Positions 1 to 15,263 of a DNA stretch of 64,000 nucleotides are shown piece after piece. The DNA is taken from NCBI RefSeq assembly GCF_009914755.1, contig NC_060926.1; one strand, written 5' to 3'. The notes beneath the pieces were generated by a model. That model had not been told where the DNA came from and did not search any database. It saw nothing but the letters and a program-made list of their open reading frames with translations. A program made the position numbers and the translations under genes. This stretch comes from the human T2T-CHM13v2.0 reference genome, Homo sapiens. Position 1 is the stretch's first letter. Every line of letters starts with the position of its first letter.

Positions 1-895
1 CTTGGATCTTGGACTCACAGGTTTCTACAATGATTTTTTTGCTTTCTGACTTCACCCTGACCATGGTCATCTCTTCTCCCTGACATTGCCTATGCTGGAT
101 GGAACATGTTTTAGTTTTGAGTGTCTCCAGAGGAGACTGAGGTAAGGAAATGCTGTGTGTAGCTCATCTGGATGGTGCAGGGACCCCAGCAGGGAGGTGG
201 GGAGTGATTTGAGGAAGGAACAGTGACCCTCCAGGGGGAGCATTGTAAGCATAGATGGCAAATGGACCTTAATCCTTTAGGGGAAGTTCTAGGAAAAAGA
301 ACTGTATTGGTGGGGGAACTGGGGTATTTATACTCCCACACCTGTCCGTCGTTGGTCACGTGCTGCCCTGGGACACATTCATTTATTCTCCATGAGCACC
401 TCAAAAGGCCCTTCTCTGTGTTAGGGGCACAAGCTCCTCTGTCCAGCCTGAGATGGACCTGGTGTTCTCAGCCCACATACAGAGCCAGGAGAGTCGACAG
501 GTCACCACTCAGGACTGTATCCCCCTCCGGCTCAGCTTCCCAACTGGGCCCATGCCCCAGTGTGTGCAAGGGGGGGTTTTACCCCATCTTCCAGTGTGCA
601 GCTTGAGGTGCCAATGGGTGAGGTGCCAATGGGTCTCTGAAAAGTCCACTTTCACCACAGAGGGTTCTGAGTGGCTGCAGGCTCTGGATTCAATTCCAAG
701 CTCCTCCATCCCCAGTGGGACTGTCTTTTCACCACCATGCCCAGGTATGGTGACATTGGCCACCTCTTAGGCTTCTGGGAGGGTTGAGCTATATTTGTGT
801 CACATGTAAAGTGATATAATGCACATACATTGTTATTTTTATTAATACTTTGAATTCTGAGCTGCCTGCCCTTGCAAATTCAGCAAGAGGTGGCC

Positions 896-1346
896 TGTGG
901 TTGTCAGCCTCCAATATGCCACCCATCTCCCCACCCCCTGAGTGGCTCGCAGGGATGATCTGATGACTGAGGGTGATGAGATGTCACTTCTATGACTACA
1001 TTGCAGAAGACACATCTGAGATGCCCTCTCACCTTCCTGACTCCCTCATGCTAGGGGAAGACAACTGTCAAGGAGAAGTCCACAGAGTAAGGATGCAAGT
1101 CCTCTGGCAAACAGTCATGTGTGTGACTTGGAATTGGATTTCCCAGCTGCAGTTGAGCCCTCAGATGACAGCAACTGCTGCTGACAGCTTGATGGAAACT
1201 TCATGAGAAACCCCGAGCCAACATTACCCACCTCAGCCATTTCCAAGACCCCAACCCTCAGAAACTCTGTGAGATAACAAGGATTTGCTGTTTTGAGCCA
1301 CTAAGTTTTTGAAAAATGTGTTATGCAGCAATAGATAACTGAGACA
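896..1346 (+). mobile_element. MaLR solo LTR, MLT1F-like
   Basis: Begins TGTGG and ends ...tgttatgcagcaatagataactgagaCA, a typical MLT1 3' end. Flanked by a perfect 5-bp TSD TGGCC (891-895, 1347-1351). Confidence 0.85.
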
Positions 1347-1827
1347 TGGCCCCAGCAATGATGGATTCTAAATGTGACTCACCATCTCATAAGCAAGCAG
1401 TCTATTAGAGGGTCAAGGTCCCATAGGAGCATATTATGCAGGCCCTGTCCTCATCCTGCTGTCCCCTTAAGCCTTTGCCTCTGGATAATGATCCCCTCAC
1501 CACTCACTGGGGTCCTTCTGGACCAGCTGTCATTTTCCAGCATGCCCCCTCCTCAACCTCCTGTGCCTTTGCTGGTCCCAGAGCTGGGATGCCGGTCTCA
1601 TCTGACATCCTTCCGTGACCACTCTGAGCTCACCTCCTTCACCCAAAGAGAACTCCCAGGAGCCTCAGGCAGAGTTATTAGCCTTGGCCTCTGAGATCCC
1701 ACAGCACATTGTGCAGAATCAATGGTACCAGGTCTCCTGTGGAGAAGACAGCATGAGAGTAGACTTTACATGGGCTCTTGTTACCCCTGCCTCCTGGTGT
1801 TTATGCCTGTTTAGTCTTCAGGGAAGC

Positions 1828-2005
1828 AGATGCTTCCACAGTTGAGCCTCAGATGAGACTACAGCCCTGGCTGACATCTTGATTGCAGCCTTGTGGGATG
1901 CAAAGCTAAGCTGTGACACCTGACTCACAGAAATGTTGAGATCATAAATATGTGTTGCTGAAGCTGCTAAATGTGTAGAGCTTATTATGCTAGATAATTA
2001 ATACA
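1828..2005 (+). mobile_element. MaLR LTR 3' fragment, MLT1E-like
   Basis: cctcagatgagactacagccctggctgacatcttgattgcagccttgtg...gctagataattaataca resembles the MLT1E 3' half. Confidence 0.7.
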
Positions 2006-2149
2006 ATGGCTTATCAAAGCTGCAAAGAGAGTTTAAAAAAATAACAATAGCCAGCACATTCTCCTTCAGTCTTTTGCATGTCACCTTCTGGTCCAGTTGA
2101 AGTGATACCATTTTACATAGCTTGTCACAGTCATTAGGAGCAGGTGTCC

Positions 2150-2370
2150 TTGTAAATCTGAGCTCAGACTCCACATTCCAGTGTGTGTAGCCTTGTCTCT
2201 TTGTGGCAGGAACACCTTGCTCGTAACTACATTCTCTAAGCCTTCATCTTCCCATTGGTACAGTGTGCACAAGAATGCTGCTCACTTTGTGGGGTTACTG
2301 AAATGATGGTCTGAGTTAAGTGCTTAGAACATTGCTGGGAAAATAGTAGTGACTCATTCAGTAACTGTTG
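2150..2370 (+). mobile_element. MIR SINE fragment
   Basis: Degenerate MIR core and 3' end (ctctaagccttcatcttccc...aagtgcttagaaca). Confidence 0.5.
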
Positions 2371-3389
2371 AATAGTCTCCTTCTTATTTTTGTAGTCTTA
2401 CAGCATCTGTGGGGGAGGGTAAGGACTCTGGGAGCCACCATTCTTCAATGTTGAGAAGGAAGCCCGGAGATTCCTTGGGGAGGCTCAGGTGCTCGGAGGG
2501 GAGGCAGAGAGAGCTGGGTATCTGTGCTCAGGGTCTGGTCTGACAGAAATCAAGGACGCTTGCCTCTTGGCTCTTCCTTCACAGCTATCTCAGCTCAAAT
2601 GAACCCCTTCTTTCCCTGAAGCTGGTGCCCACAAGTCCAAGTGGGTGAGACTCAGAGGCTGACAGAGCACATCTCTGTCCTCTTGTGGTTCCCAGGGGGT
2701 CCCACACCTGCCTCCTGGAAATCAAATGCCCAGAAAACTGACTGGAGGAGCCACTGGCAACCAAATGAGGCAATGACATTTTTTAAGCAATGTAAGTAAC
2801 TGAATTGCCTGTGAATGTTAGAGACAAGCTTATATGAAAAGTTGGTACAAGAGCTATAATCAAAAATGATTACAAGGTATAACAAGAAGACAAAAGTCAC
2901 AGAGCCAGAAATTAAGGACACTAAACAAAGAAACAAACAGCTAACCATCAGCCTGCAAATAGCATGGTTCAGAGCCGCTGTCTAAACAGTGTCGCGCCTT
3001 GGGAAAAAGTCCCTGGATGCCTGGTGGGGAAAAGCTTATTGCTAGAATGTGCTTAGCCCAATGGAAACAGAAATGTTCTCCACATTGAACAAGGGTGGGA
3101 AAGTAAACTGAGGAGTTGTTTATCTGCCTGACATGCTGGCCAAGCCACTCAAAGTGACCCAAAACATGAGCAGAAGACTTGGGTAGGTCACGCAGCCCAT
3201 CTGTACCATCAGATCACACAGCCTGTAGGCGCCAAGGAAGCAGAGGTGTTGGAGCCCTTTCCTTGCTGTCCTTATCAGTGCAATGGAGATCCCCTGCTGT
3301 GTCCAATCTCCCACCCCAGGCTCCCCTAAGGAAAGACCCTCCATCTTCCACCAGGTGCAAACTCAGCCCAGCACATGGGAGGAGACCCG

Positions 3390-3500
3390 CACTGGGAATC
3401 CCAGGTTGTAGCTCAGAGTCTAGGCACTGTGCTGTGTGAGCTCGGCCGAGTCACTGTGCCACTGTGGGTCTTGGCTTCCTTACTGGCAAGACTGGGGGGT
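3390..3500 (+). mobile_element. MIR SINE fragment
   Basis: ctgtgtgagctcggccgagtcact...tcttggcttcctta resembles the MIR core. Confidence 0.45.
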
Positions 3501-3968
3501 TGAGTTCCATCCGCTTTATTCAGCATGGAGTCTGGAACCTGAGGGTGTCATCTGTTCTTAGGCTTCCAGTGGGGGATTTCCACTTCCAACTCCTGACCTC
3601 TATGGTGTGACAGCAACTTTGGCCCTGGGTCTGCTCTGAAGGAAACACATTTTTCTCTTTCCCTCCAAAATTACAGACCTTATCATACCTCATGAATCAC
3701 ATTATAGAACGTTTCCCTTAGTACAGCCACCTGAAATTTTTAATTTAGTCATTTATAAATACATCATGCATGAGATTCACTCTGACATTCTGATCCTCTT
3801 CTACTCTCCTAGTGTCCAGTGGGTTAGGAAAGCTGCACAGCCGTGAGGAGCACGAGGCCATGGGACTCCATGACTTGGTCTGAGTAAGTCAATGCCTGGA
3901 CTGCAACTCAGGACCTGCTATGAGTGGATTGGTGACCCAGCCCTGCATTTCCCCTTGCAAGTCTGACT

Positions 3969-5176
<1,208 letters not shown>

Positions 5177-7649
5177 TGCATTTTGATGTTTATGGGGTAG
5201 ACCCATTCCAGGGTCCTGGGGGTCTGGTCACACACCTTCAGCTGCATGGGTTTCCAACACAAGACCCAGAATCAAGCCTCCCCGTCCCGGCCCTGGCACT
5301 CTGGGCTTGTGCTTAGGTGTGGAATGCTCAGGTGTGGAACTTCCCCTGCAGGTCATTGTTGGCTGCCTCTCACCACTGGCTCAGGAATCTCAGATTGTGT
5401 TTGGGACAAGCAGACCCTGAGATGCAGCATGCAAGCAAGGAATTCATCTAAAAAGTGTCCTCTGGAGAAAATGGCAACTTTGAGGGGAAGCAGGGCAGGG
5501 GAGGGGTGGAAGCTAGAGAGGGTGATTTCAGGTGGAGACCCAGCCTCAGCCTGGTCCTGTGCGAGCTCTGGAGGGAGAATTGTACCTTGGAGGGTGCCCT
5601 GTCTCCAGGTTAGAAAGCGAGGCCTCCACACCCCTGCACCTGTCATCAGTGGCTGACTGTAGACATGAGCTCCCGGATACACACTTCCAGGGTTCTCTGG
5701 AGTTCCCAGGCACAAAGCCTTTGAAAGCAAAGTGCACAGAAGCCAGGGGCCAGGGCCTCAGAGAGTAGAGTATGGGGCCACTGGGTGATCAGCCAACAGC
5801 ATCTGCCACCTGGATTCACTCTGGGCTAGACACCAACGCCAGGCCACAGGTCCTGCCTCTTTCCTTTTTCTCTTCGTTGATCTTATACACATTATTAACC
5901 CAACACTCCCAAAGACCCTCACCAGTGATTAAAAGTAGCTTCTGTTTGCTAGTGAGGATCCCCTGAAATTGTGAACTGAAGGCTAACTTGTCATAGCAAA
6001 ATGCTCCCAAAGGCAAGGAATAAAACTATTTTTGTCTTCTGTCCACAACAGTGGCCGAATGTAAGCCTGATCCATAGTACAGCACCCGGCAAATCGACAC
6101 TCATCCTAACCCCAGTCATCACTGCGCATGAGTACTCACCTAACTGCTTCCTGAAGGGACCATGTCTCTGATGTCAGGAGGAAGCTCGGCTGGGAGTGGG
6201 CAGGGGTCCTGTCCAACAACTAACTGTGAGCCGGCAGGAGTGGGAGCCTGGCCCAGCCCTCCAGTGCCCACAGAGCCCCTTGGACCTAGAACTTTAATGA
6301 GCTCTCCTCAGACCTGAAACTCCATCTCTCCAGGGTCAGGGCCAGTCCTGTGTGAACCACAGTGTGGGAATCTTGGAGGTCTTCTGTAGGGGGTGATATT
6401 TGAACTCTGCCGTGAGATGTGGCAGTGACCAGGATGTGGGAAGAGGGGTCTTCCAGGCCGAGGAATGCATGTGACCTGTCACAGAAGTGGTCTTCCTTGG
6501 ATCTCTGGTGCATGACACTTCACCAGGGAGAGGTAGAACCATGGGAGACCCCAGGGCCTCAAGCCCTGTGCTGAGGAGAGTGGACTCTGTTCTGCAGGAA
6601 ACAGGGACCCGTGTCCGGTGTTCGAGGAACAGAGGAAAGCAATGTGACCAACAGGCGGAGAAATGATTATGTATGCAACTTCAGCTCGAAGATGGAGAAA
6701 CTGCACGCGAAGTGCTGACAATAATTATGTTAATGATATCATGGGCTACATAATAGTTCCCAAATGTTCTGGGAAGAAATTACACATCCAGACAGGTTCA
6801 AGCCCTTAAAAGTTAATTATACCAAATCTGAGATCCTCAATGTAGGGCCTTCCCGTGTTTAGAGAGGGTAATGGCAAACACAGAAAGATTTTTAATCTAA
6901 CATAGACCCATCCTTCAAATTACTATATCTAAGAGACGCTGTAGATCCCCTGCAGTAAACATTCTTGAGGTTAATTGCCCTCCAGTGAAGAGTCAATTAG
7001 AAAAGGAAGCTCTCATCTTCCTTGTTCAACTAAGCAGATTAAAACAAACATCTCAGACCCCAGCCCAAACCAGGTTTGCAAAATAACACAGTCGTCTATT
7101 TCAATGTTTGTTAAAAAGAATCACTGGAAATGCCATGTGGAGCTGGACTGCAGAATGGTCTGGGGCTTTCTGAGGCCCACACAGTGGGTCTGCACCTTCC
7201 GCCCGCAGCCTGGCACTGCCTGGTGTGTGTGACCCTGGAGCCCCTCTGCCAACTTCACTCCCCACCTCTTTGGCCAGTGGTCTGGGGGTTCTTATTCTCC
7301 GCACGTTCTTGCTCCTTTCTTCCACATCCTCTTGGCCAACTTCTTCATCTCCTTGGGTTTTGGAGATTCTGTGCGTCCCCCCAGGTGGGCCGGCATCCTT
7401 GACCGGCCATCATGACAGCTGGCTGCTGTTGGCTGCAGCCTTCGATACACATTCACGTGCAGAGAAAGCGCTTTCCCCTGTTACGGGATCTTTGTGGACT
7501 TTGTTCCAAGGGAAATGGAAGCCATGGCATTTGAGGGCAGAGCCAGGCCATTGGGCAATCGTGGACGGAGATAAGGGGGACAGCATGGGTGTGAGAAGGG
7601 GGAGTTGTCAGGGTGGTTGGAAAAGGTCTCCTCCACTGTGGGGATTGTG

Positions 7650-9420
7650 CAGGTGCATGGGAGGGTGTGTGTAGGGTGTATGTTGGGTGTGGGGGACGTG
7701 GGCTCTGTAGGTTTGTGTGGTCAGTGTGAGGGGATGTGCAGTGTGGGGTGAGAGAGTTTTCTGTAGGGTGTGTAAAGTGTAGCTGGGGTAAGATGTCTGC
7801 TCACTGTGAGAATGTGTGGTGTGTGGTGTGTGTGTGTGGTGTGTATGTGTGGGGGTGTGGGAGTGTGTGTGTCGTGTGTACATGTGAGGTGTGTGTAATT
7901 GTGTGCGATGTGTATGTGTGTGGTGTGTTAGGTCTGTGTGATTGTGTGTCATGTTTGTGCATGCATGTGGTGTGTGTGGTGTGATTGTGGTATGTGTATG
8001 TGTGCGGTGTGTGAGGTGTTTGTGGTATATGTGTATGTGTGGGGTGTGTGAGGTGTTTGTAGTATATGTGATTGTGGTGTGTGTATGTGTAGTGTGTGTT
8101 ATTGTGTGTGGTGTGTGAGGTGTGTGTGGTGTGATTGTGTGATGTGTATGTGTGTGGTGTGTGTGATTGTGTGTGATGTGTATGTGTGAGGTGTGTGTGA
8201 TTGTGTGTATCATGTCTGTGCATGTGTGTGTGTGGTGTGTGGGGTGTGTGTGATTATGGTGTATATGTGTGGGGTATGTGGGTCTTGTATGGTGTGTGAC
8301 TGCCATGTGTTTGTATGAGTGTGGTGTGTGTGATTGTGTGTGATGTGTGTGATTCTGTGTATGTGGTGTGTGGGGTGTGTGGAGTGTGTGTGATTGTGTG
8401 TGTGGTGTGTATGTGTGGGCTGTGTGGGGTGTTTGTGGTATGTATGATTGTGGTGTGTGTGTATCTGTAGTGTGTGTTATTGTGTGTGGTGTGTGAGGTG
8501 TGTGTGTGGTGTGATTGTGTGTGGTGTGTATGTGTGTGATGTGTGTGATTGTGTGTCATGTGTATGTGTGTGGTGTGTGTGATTGTGTGTGGTGTGTGTG
8601 ATTGTGTTTGGTGTGTGATTGTGTGTGGTGTGTGTGATCATGTGTGTCATGTTTGTGAATGTGTGTGGTGTGTGATTGTGTGTGCATGTGTGTGATTGTG
8701 TGTGGTGTGTATGTGTGGCATGTATGGGGTTTGTGTGGTGTGTGCGATTGTGTGTCGTGTGTTTTTATGAGTGTGGTGTGTGATTGTGTGTGGTATGATT
8801 GTGTGGTGTGTGTGGTTGTGTGTGTGGTGTGTGGGGTGTGTTGAGTGTGTATGATTCTGTGTGTGACTGTGTGCATGTGTGTGGTTGTGTATAGTGTGTA
8901 TCTGTGGGGTGTGTGGGGTTTGTGTGGTGTGTGCGATTGGGTGTCGTGTGTTTGTATGAGTGTGGTGTGTGATTGTGTGTGGTGTGATTGTGTGGTGTGT
9001 GTGGTTGTGTAAGTGGTGTGTGGGGTGTTTTGAGTGTGTATGATTGTGTGTGTGACTGTGTGTGCATGTGTGTGGTTGTATATGGTGTGTATGTGTGGGG
9101 TGTGTGGGGTTTGTGTGGTGTGTGCGATTGTGTGTCGTGTGTTTGTATGAATGTGGTGTGTGATTGTGTGTGGTGTGATTGTGTGGTGTGTGTGGTTGTG
9201 TATGTGGTGTGTGGGGTGTGTTGAGTGTGTATGATTGTGTGTGTGACTGTGTGTGCATGTGTGTGGTTGTATATTGTGTGTATGTGTGGGGTTTGTGTGG
9301 TGTGTGCGATTGTGTGTCGTGTGTATGTGTTGTGTGTGATCGTGTGTGGTGTGGTTGTGTGTGTGGGGTGGTGCAGTGTGTGTGACTGTGTGTGCATGTG
9401 TACATACTTGTGCACAGCCA
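7650..9420. repeat. Long degenerate (GT)n/(GTG)n low-complexity tract with ~190-bp internal higher-order repeats
   Basis: About 1.75 kb of TG-rich sequence. The landmark gcgattg recurs at 8744, 8933, 9124 and 9306. Confidence 0.95.
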
Positions 9421-9569
9421 CACATCCTGTGCTCACGCCCCAACGTGCCCTGCACTTGGACTGAGGGTGGCGTGGAGAGCAGGAGCTGTGGCTGCTGTCC
9501 CCAGGGAGCTGTCCAACGTTTTCAAGCACTGTAGCTTTGCCCTGTATTGGAGCATCTGAGAGTCAAGAA

Positions 9570-10400
9570 AAATGTAACAGCTCTATTGAAGTGTAGTTGA
9601 CAAGTGCACACATTTAAAGTGCACAGTTTGGGACGTTTGACGTCTGCGTAGATACACACAGGTGAAGCCGTCCATCCAGTTATGACCACAGTTTGGGACG
9701 TTTGACGTCTGCGTAGATACACACAGGTGCAGCCGTCCATCCAGTTATGACCACAGTTTGGGACGTTTGACGTCTGCGTAGATACACACAGGTGAAGCCG
9801 TCCATCCAGTTATGACCACAGTTTGGGACGTTTGACGTCTGCGTAGATACACACAGGTGAAGCCGTCCATCCAGTTATGACCACAGTTTGGGACGTTTGA
9901 CGTCTGCGTAGATACACACAGGTGAAGCCGTCCATCCAGTTATGACCACAGTTTGGGACGTTTGACGTCTGCGTAGATACGCACAGGTGAAGCCGTCCAT
10001 CCAGTTATGACCACAGTTTGGGACGTTTGACGTCTGCGTAGATACACACAGGTGAAGCCGTCCATCCAGTTATGACCACAGTTTGGGACGTTTGACGTCT
10101 GCGTAGATACACACAGGTGAAGCCGTCCATCCAGTTATGACCACAGTTTGGGACGTTTGACGTCTGCGTAGATACACACAGGTGAAGCCGTCCATCCAGT
10201 TATGACCACAAGCACTCTTCCTGTCCTGCCGCCCCACTCTCCCTGGTGCCCCTTGGGGACCCACCTGTCCTGCCTCTGGCTGCCCTCCTCCTCCAGTGCC
10301 CCATCCACAGGCAATGGCTGATCTGCCTCTCACATCACAGATCAGTTTTCATTTTCTAGAAATGTCTGTAACAAGAAACGCAGTATGAACACTTTTTCCT
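9570..10400 (-). mobile_element. Old L1 (L1MB/MC-type) 3' end, interrupted by the 65-bp VNTR
   Basis: aacagctctattgaagtgtagttgac...atttaaagtgcacagtttg and ccacaggcaatggctgatctg...cattttctagaa match a reversed L1M 3' UTR. Confidence 0.7.
9622..10210. repeat. Minisatellite/VNTR, 9 x 65 bp
   Basis: Unit cacagtttgggacgtttgacgtctgcgtagatacacacaggtgaagccgtccatccagttatgac starts at 9622, 9687 ... 10142. Only two substitutions seen (copies 2 and 6). Confidence 0.98.
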
Positions 10401-10409
10401 TTTTTTAAT

Positions 10410-11880
<1,471 letters not shown>

Positions 11881-11999
11881 CTATACTCTACGGTAGAAAT
11901 GATGAGTGGGTTCCTTTTACTCTGTGAGATGAGAAGTATAAACTCCATTCCTACTCTCCACTGTGGTGGGAACAGCAGTTCCTGCCCCGTGACAACTAG

Positions 12000-13085
12000 C
12001 TCTTCATTCTCCTGCCTTTTATGACTTTTCATGGCTGTAATTTTATGTTTATTTTCCATATAAACTCTAGAATTAGCTTGTCAAGTTCCTGCTGTTATTT
12101 TATTAGGATCACCTCAAGGTTTCTAAAAATTATTAATACAGCAAGTCTTCTGAAAATAGAGTTATTCTCCAAGAATAAGATATATCTTGCCACGTACTCA
12201 AGTCTCCTTTTCTGTACTCGAGTAAGATATTAAAGTTTTCTTAATGTAATTTTGCAAGTTTCTTGTTAAATTTATTCCTAGAGATTTTTTTTTTGTCTTT
12301 TCTTCCTTCATCTATTTCTTGGAGGTTATCATCTGTCTTAGTCCCTTCGGGTTGCTATAACCAAATACCATAGGCTTGGGTAGCTTGTAAACAAAGGAAA
12401 CTTATTTCTCACAGTTCTGCAGGCTGCGGGTCTAAGATCAAGGTGTTGGCAGATTTGGTGTCAGATGAGGGCTGCTTCCTGGTTTGTAGATGACGCCTTC
12501 TCCCGGTGTCCTCACGTGGCAGGAGAGGCAAGAGGTCATGCAGTTCCATTTGTGAGGGCTTTGCTCTGATGACCTAATCACCCCAGAAGCCCTAGCTCCT
12601 ACTACCATCACTTGGGAATTAGGATTCATAACATATGCATTTTGTGGGGACACAAACTTTTAGACCGTAGCATTATTGCATAAGAGTATGGCATATTAAT
12701 TTTGTGACCAGCCTTTATGTTTATTAAATTTCTATTTCAATTACATTTTCAGCTGTATTTGCACATCATGAGCAAATAACGAGACGCCGCTCACTTTCTC
12801 CCATGCAACTCTGTTTTCTTATTACATCAATTAGCACTTCCTGAAAAATGTTAAATGGCAGTGCTGCTTTGGGTTGCCTTGCATGTTCTGAGCTTTAAGG
12901 AAGTTATTTAGTTTGTTTTCCCACTAAGAGTGATTTTGGTTTTAATTTGAGATAAACATTTTGATATTCCTGAGGAATTATCCAAAATTCTATTGTTACT
13001 ACTACTCCTCCTATTACTAATATTAAGTGCTTGAAGCCAGGATGGATATTGCATTTTACAAATTGGCTTTCAAAGTCTGAGGAGT
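12000..13085 (-). mobile_element. L1ME-type fragment (host element of the nested cluster)
   Basis: AT-rich reversed ORF2-like sequence (ttttccatataaactctagaattagcttgtcaagttcc; ggatggatattgcattttacaaattggcttt). Confidence 0.6.
12334..12672 (-). mobile_element. MaLR solo LTR, MLT1A-like
   Basis: tgtcttagtcc...gctataacc...ttatttctcacagttctg...ggggacacaaac...agaccgtagca is the reverse complement of MLT1A. Confidence 0.9.
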
Positions 13086-14935
13086 AAAGACTTCCTGGTC
13101 CACCTAGATTGAGCAGCCCCATTTTTCCCAGATACTCCTTCTTGCAACTCAACATCTCTGGACATACACAAGCACCAAGCAAGGGCAGACTCTGGAGAGT
13201 GGGAGGAAGAAGGTGGATGAGCAGTGCCTCAAGACTGACATGGAGGGAATCCCCTGGGTTCCTATTACTTCCAGCCTTGACCTGAAAACAAGCACAGACC
13301 AAAAGGGCACTCCAAGAAAAAAGCACAAGTTCCCCCTGAAAAGGACCCCGAATAGGGGAGCCTAATAAATAGTAGAAAAACTTTTTGGTGATACCCACCC
13401 CACTCTAGCCAAACACTAACAGAAAACCTGCACGTCCTCCATCCCCTAGTTTTCAAGAGGCTGAGTGGGACATTGATCTTCCATGACACTCCCCACACGC
13501 CCTGCCTCTGAGCAGGCTGCCAGCTGCCTGCTCAGATTCCCCTGTGCTGGGTGTGTGAGGTGGTGTGAGGGGGTCCAGCAGGGACCTGGCCTTCCACTTC
13601 TCTTTGGGTGAGAGCAGGAGACTTTCCAGTTTCTCTGCTGGGGTACACTGGTGGGGCCCAGCTGGGAGCTGACTTTTCATTCCTTGCCCAGCAGAAGCAG
13701 ATAGTACTTCAAGTCTCATCCTACCTTGGGGTACTAATAGTGGGGTCTCACTGCTGCTGAGTCTCTAACCCCACCTGGAGTCAAGACTGAATGCCAAGCA
13801 CAGGCTGGGGCTAGAGAGCTGCCACCTTTCCCAACTCTGGGTGTCATGAGGTCTAGTGAGGACCTGCACCTCCACAACCACCCAATAGCAGTGACCCTGA
13901 GAGAAGCTGTGGGGGTGGTTAGCTGTCACTGCTGTACCTCATCCCCCATCCTGGTGTCAGTGGGCCCCCATGGGGAGCTGAGCTTCTGCCCCCATCCTAT
14001 AGCAACAAAGCAGGATGAGTCAGCCATACCCTCCCTGCTTCCTGGTGGCAGCTGGGCCCAGCGGGGAGCTGATCTTAACCCAAACTCAGAGGCATTAAGG
14101 CAGTGAGAGTCAGAAAAGCATCCATGGGGCTGGCAGGGGCTGAACAGCTGGCCCTTACGTCTGCAGTGTGGCACTGTGAGCTGGAACTCCACCTGTGCTG
14201 GGGGGCCCAGTAGGAAGCTAAACACACACACCCACCTGACCCTCACACTACAAAAAGATTAAATAGGATCCAGAGTCTCATCATATGATATTCAAGATGT
14301 CTGGAAGATAATAAAAAATGACTTGTCTTATCTAGAACCAAGAAAATCACAAGTTCAATGAGAAAACAAAATCAACAGACATTAACAGTGAGATGAAGCT
14401 GATGTTGGAAATACTTGAAAAGGATTTTAAAGCAGACATCATAAAAATGCTTCAACAAATAGTTACAAATACTCTTGAAACATTTTTTAAGAAAATCTCA
14501 GCAAATAAGTAGCCATTACAAGAAAGAACCAAAGAAAATCAGAGAACTAACAAATACGACAAGTAAAATAAAAACCTTGCTGGATGGACTTGATCATAGA
14601 ATGAAAATGACTGAGAATAGAGGTAGTGAACTTGAGAATAATCAACTGAATTACCCCAATCTGAGGAATAGAGGGAAGACAGAATAACAACAGCCAAGAA
14701 CAAAGCCTGAGACAGTCACGTGACAGTAACAAGGGGGTTGACATTTGTGTCACTGGAGTCCCAGAGAAAGAGGAGACAGAGAATGGGACTGAAGAAGTAC
14801 TCCAGAATACGATGGCTGAAAAATCCCCAAATCTGATGCAAAACATAAACTTACAGATTCAGTAAGCTGAATAGATGCTAAATAGATTAAACACAAATAA
14901 ATATATGCCAAGAAGGGGTGGGAAAAGACATATCA

Positions 14936-15263
<328 letters not shown>

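Noticed and set aside
7608-9529. Long His/Thr-rich and Val/Cys-rich ORFs (up to 299 aa)
   Set aside because: They are translations of the (CA)/(TG) low-complexity tract, open in many frames on both strands.
9622-10210. CRISPR-like regular array
   Set aside because: The units are contiguous and identical with no unique spacers, there are no cas genes, and the context is primate DNA. It is a minisatellite.
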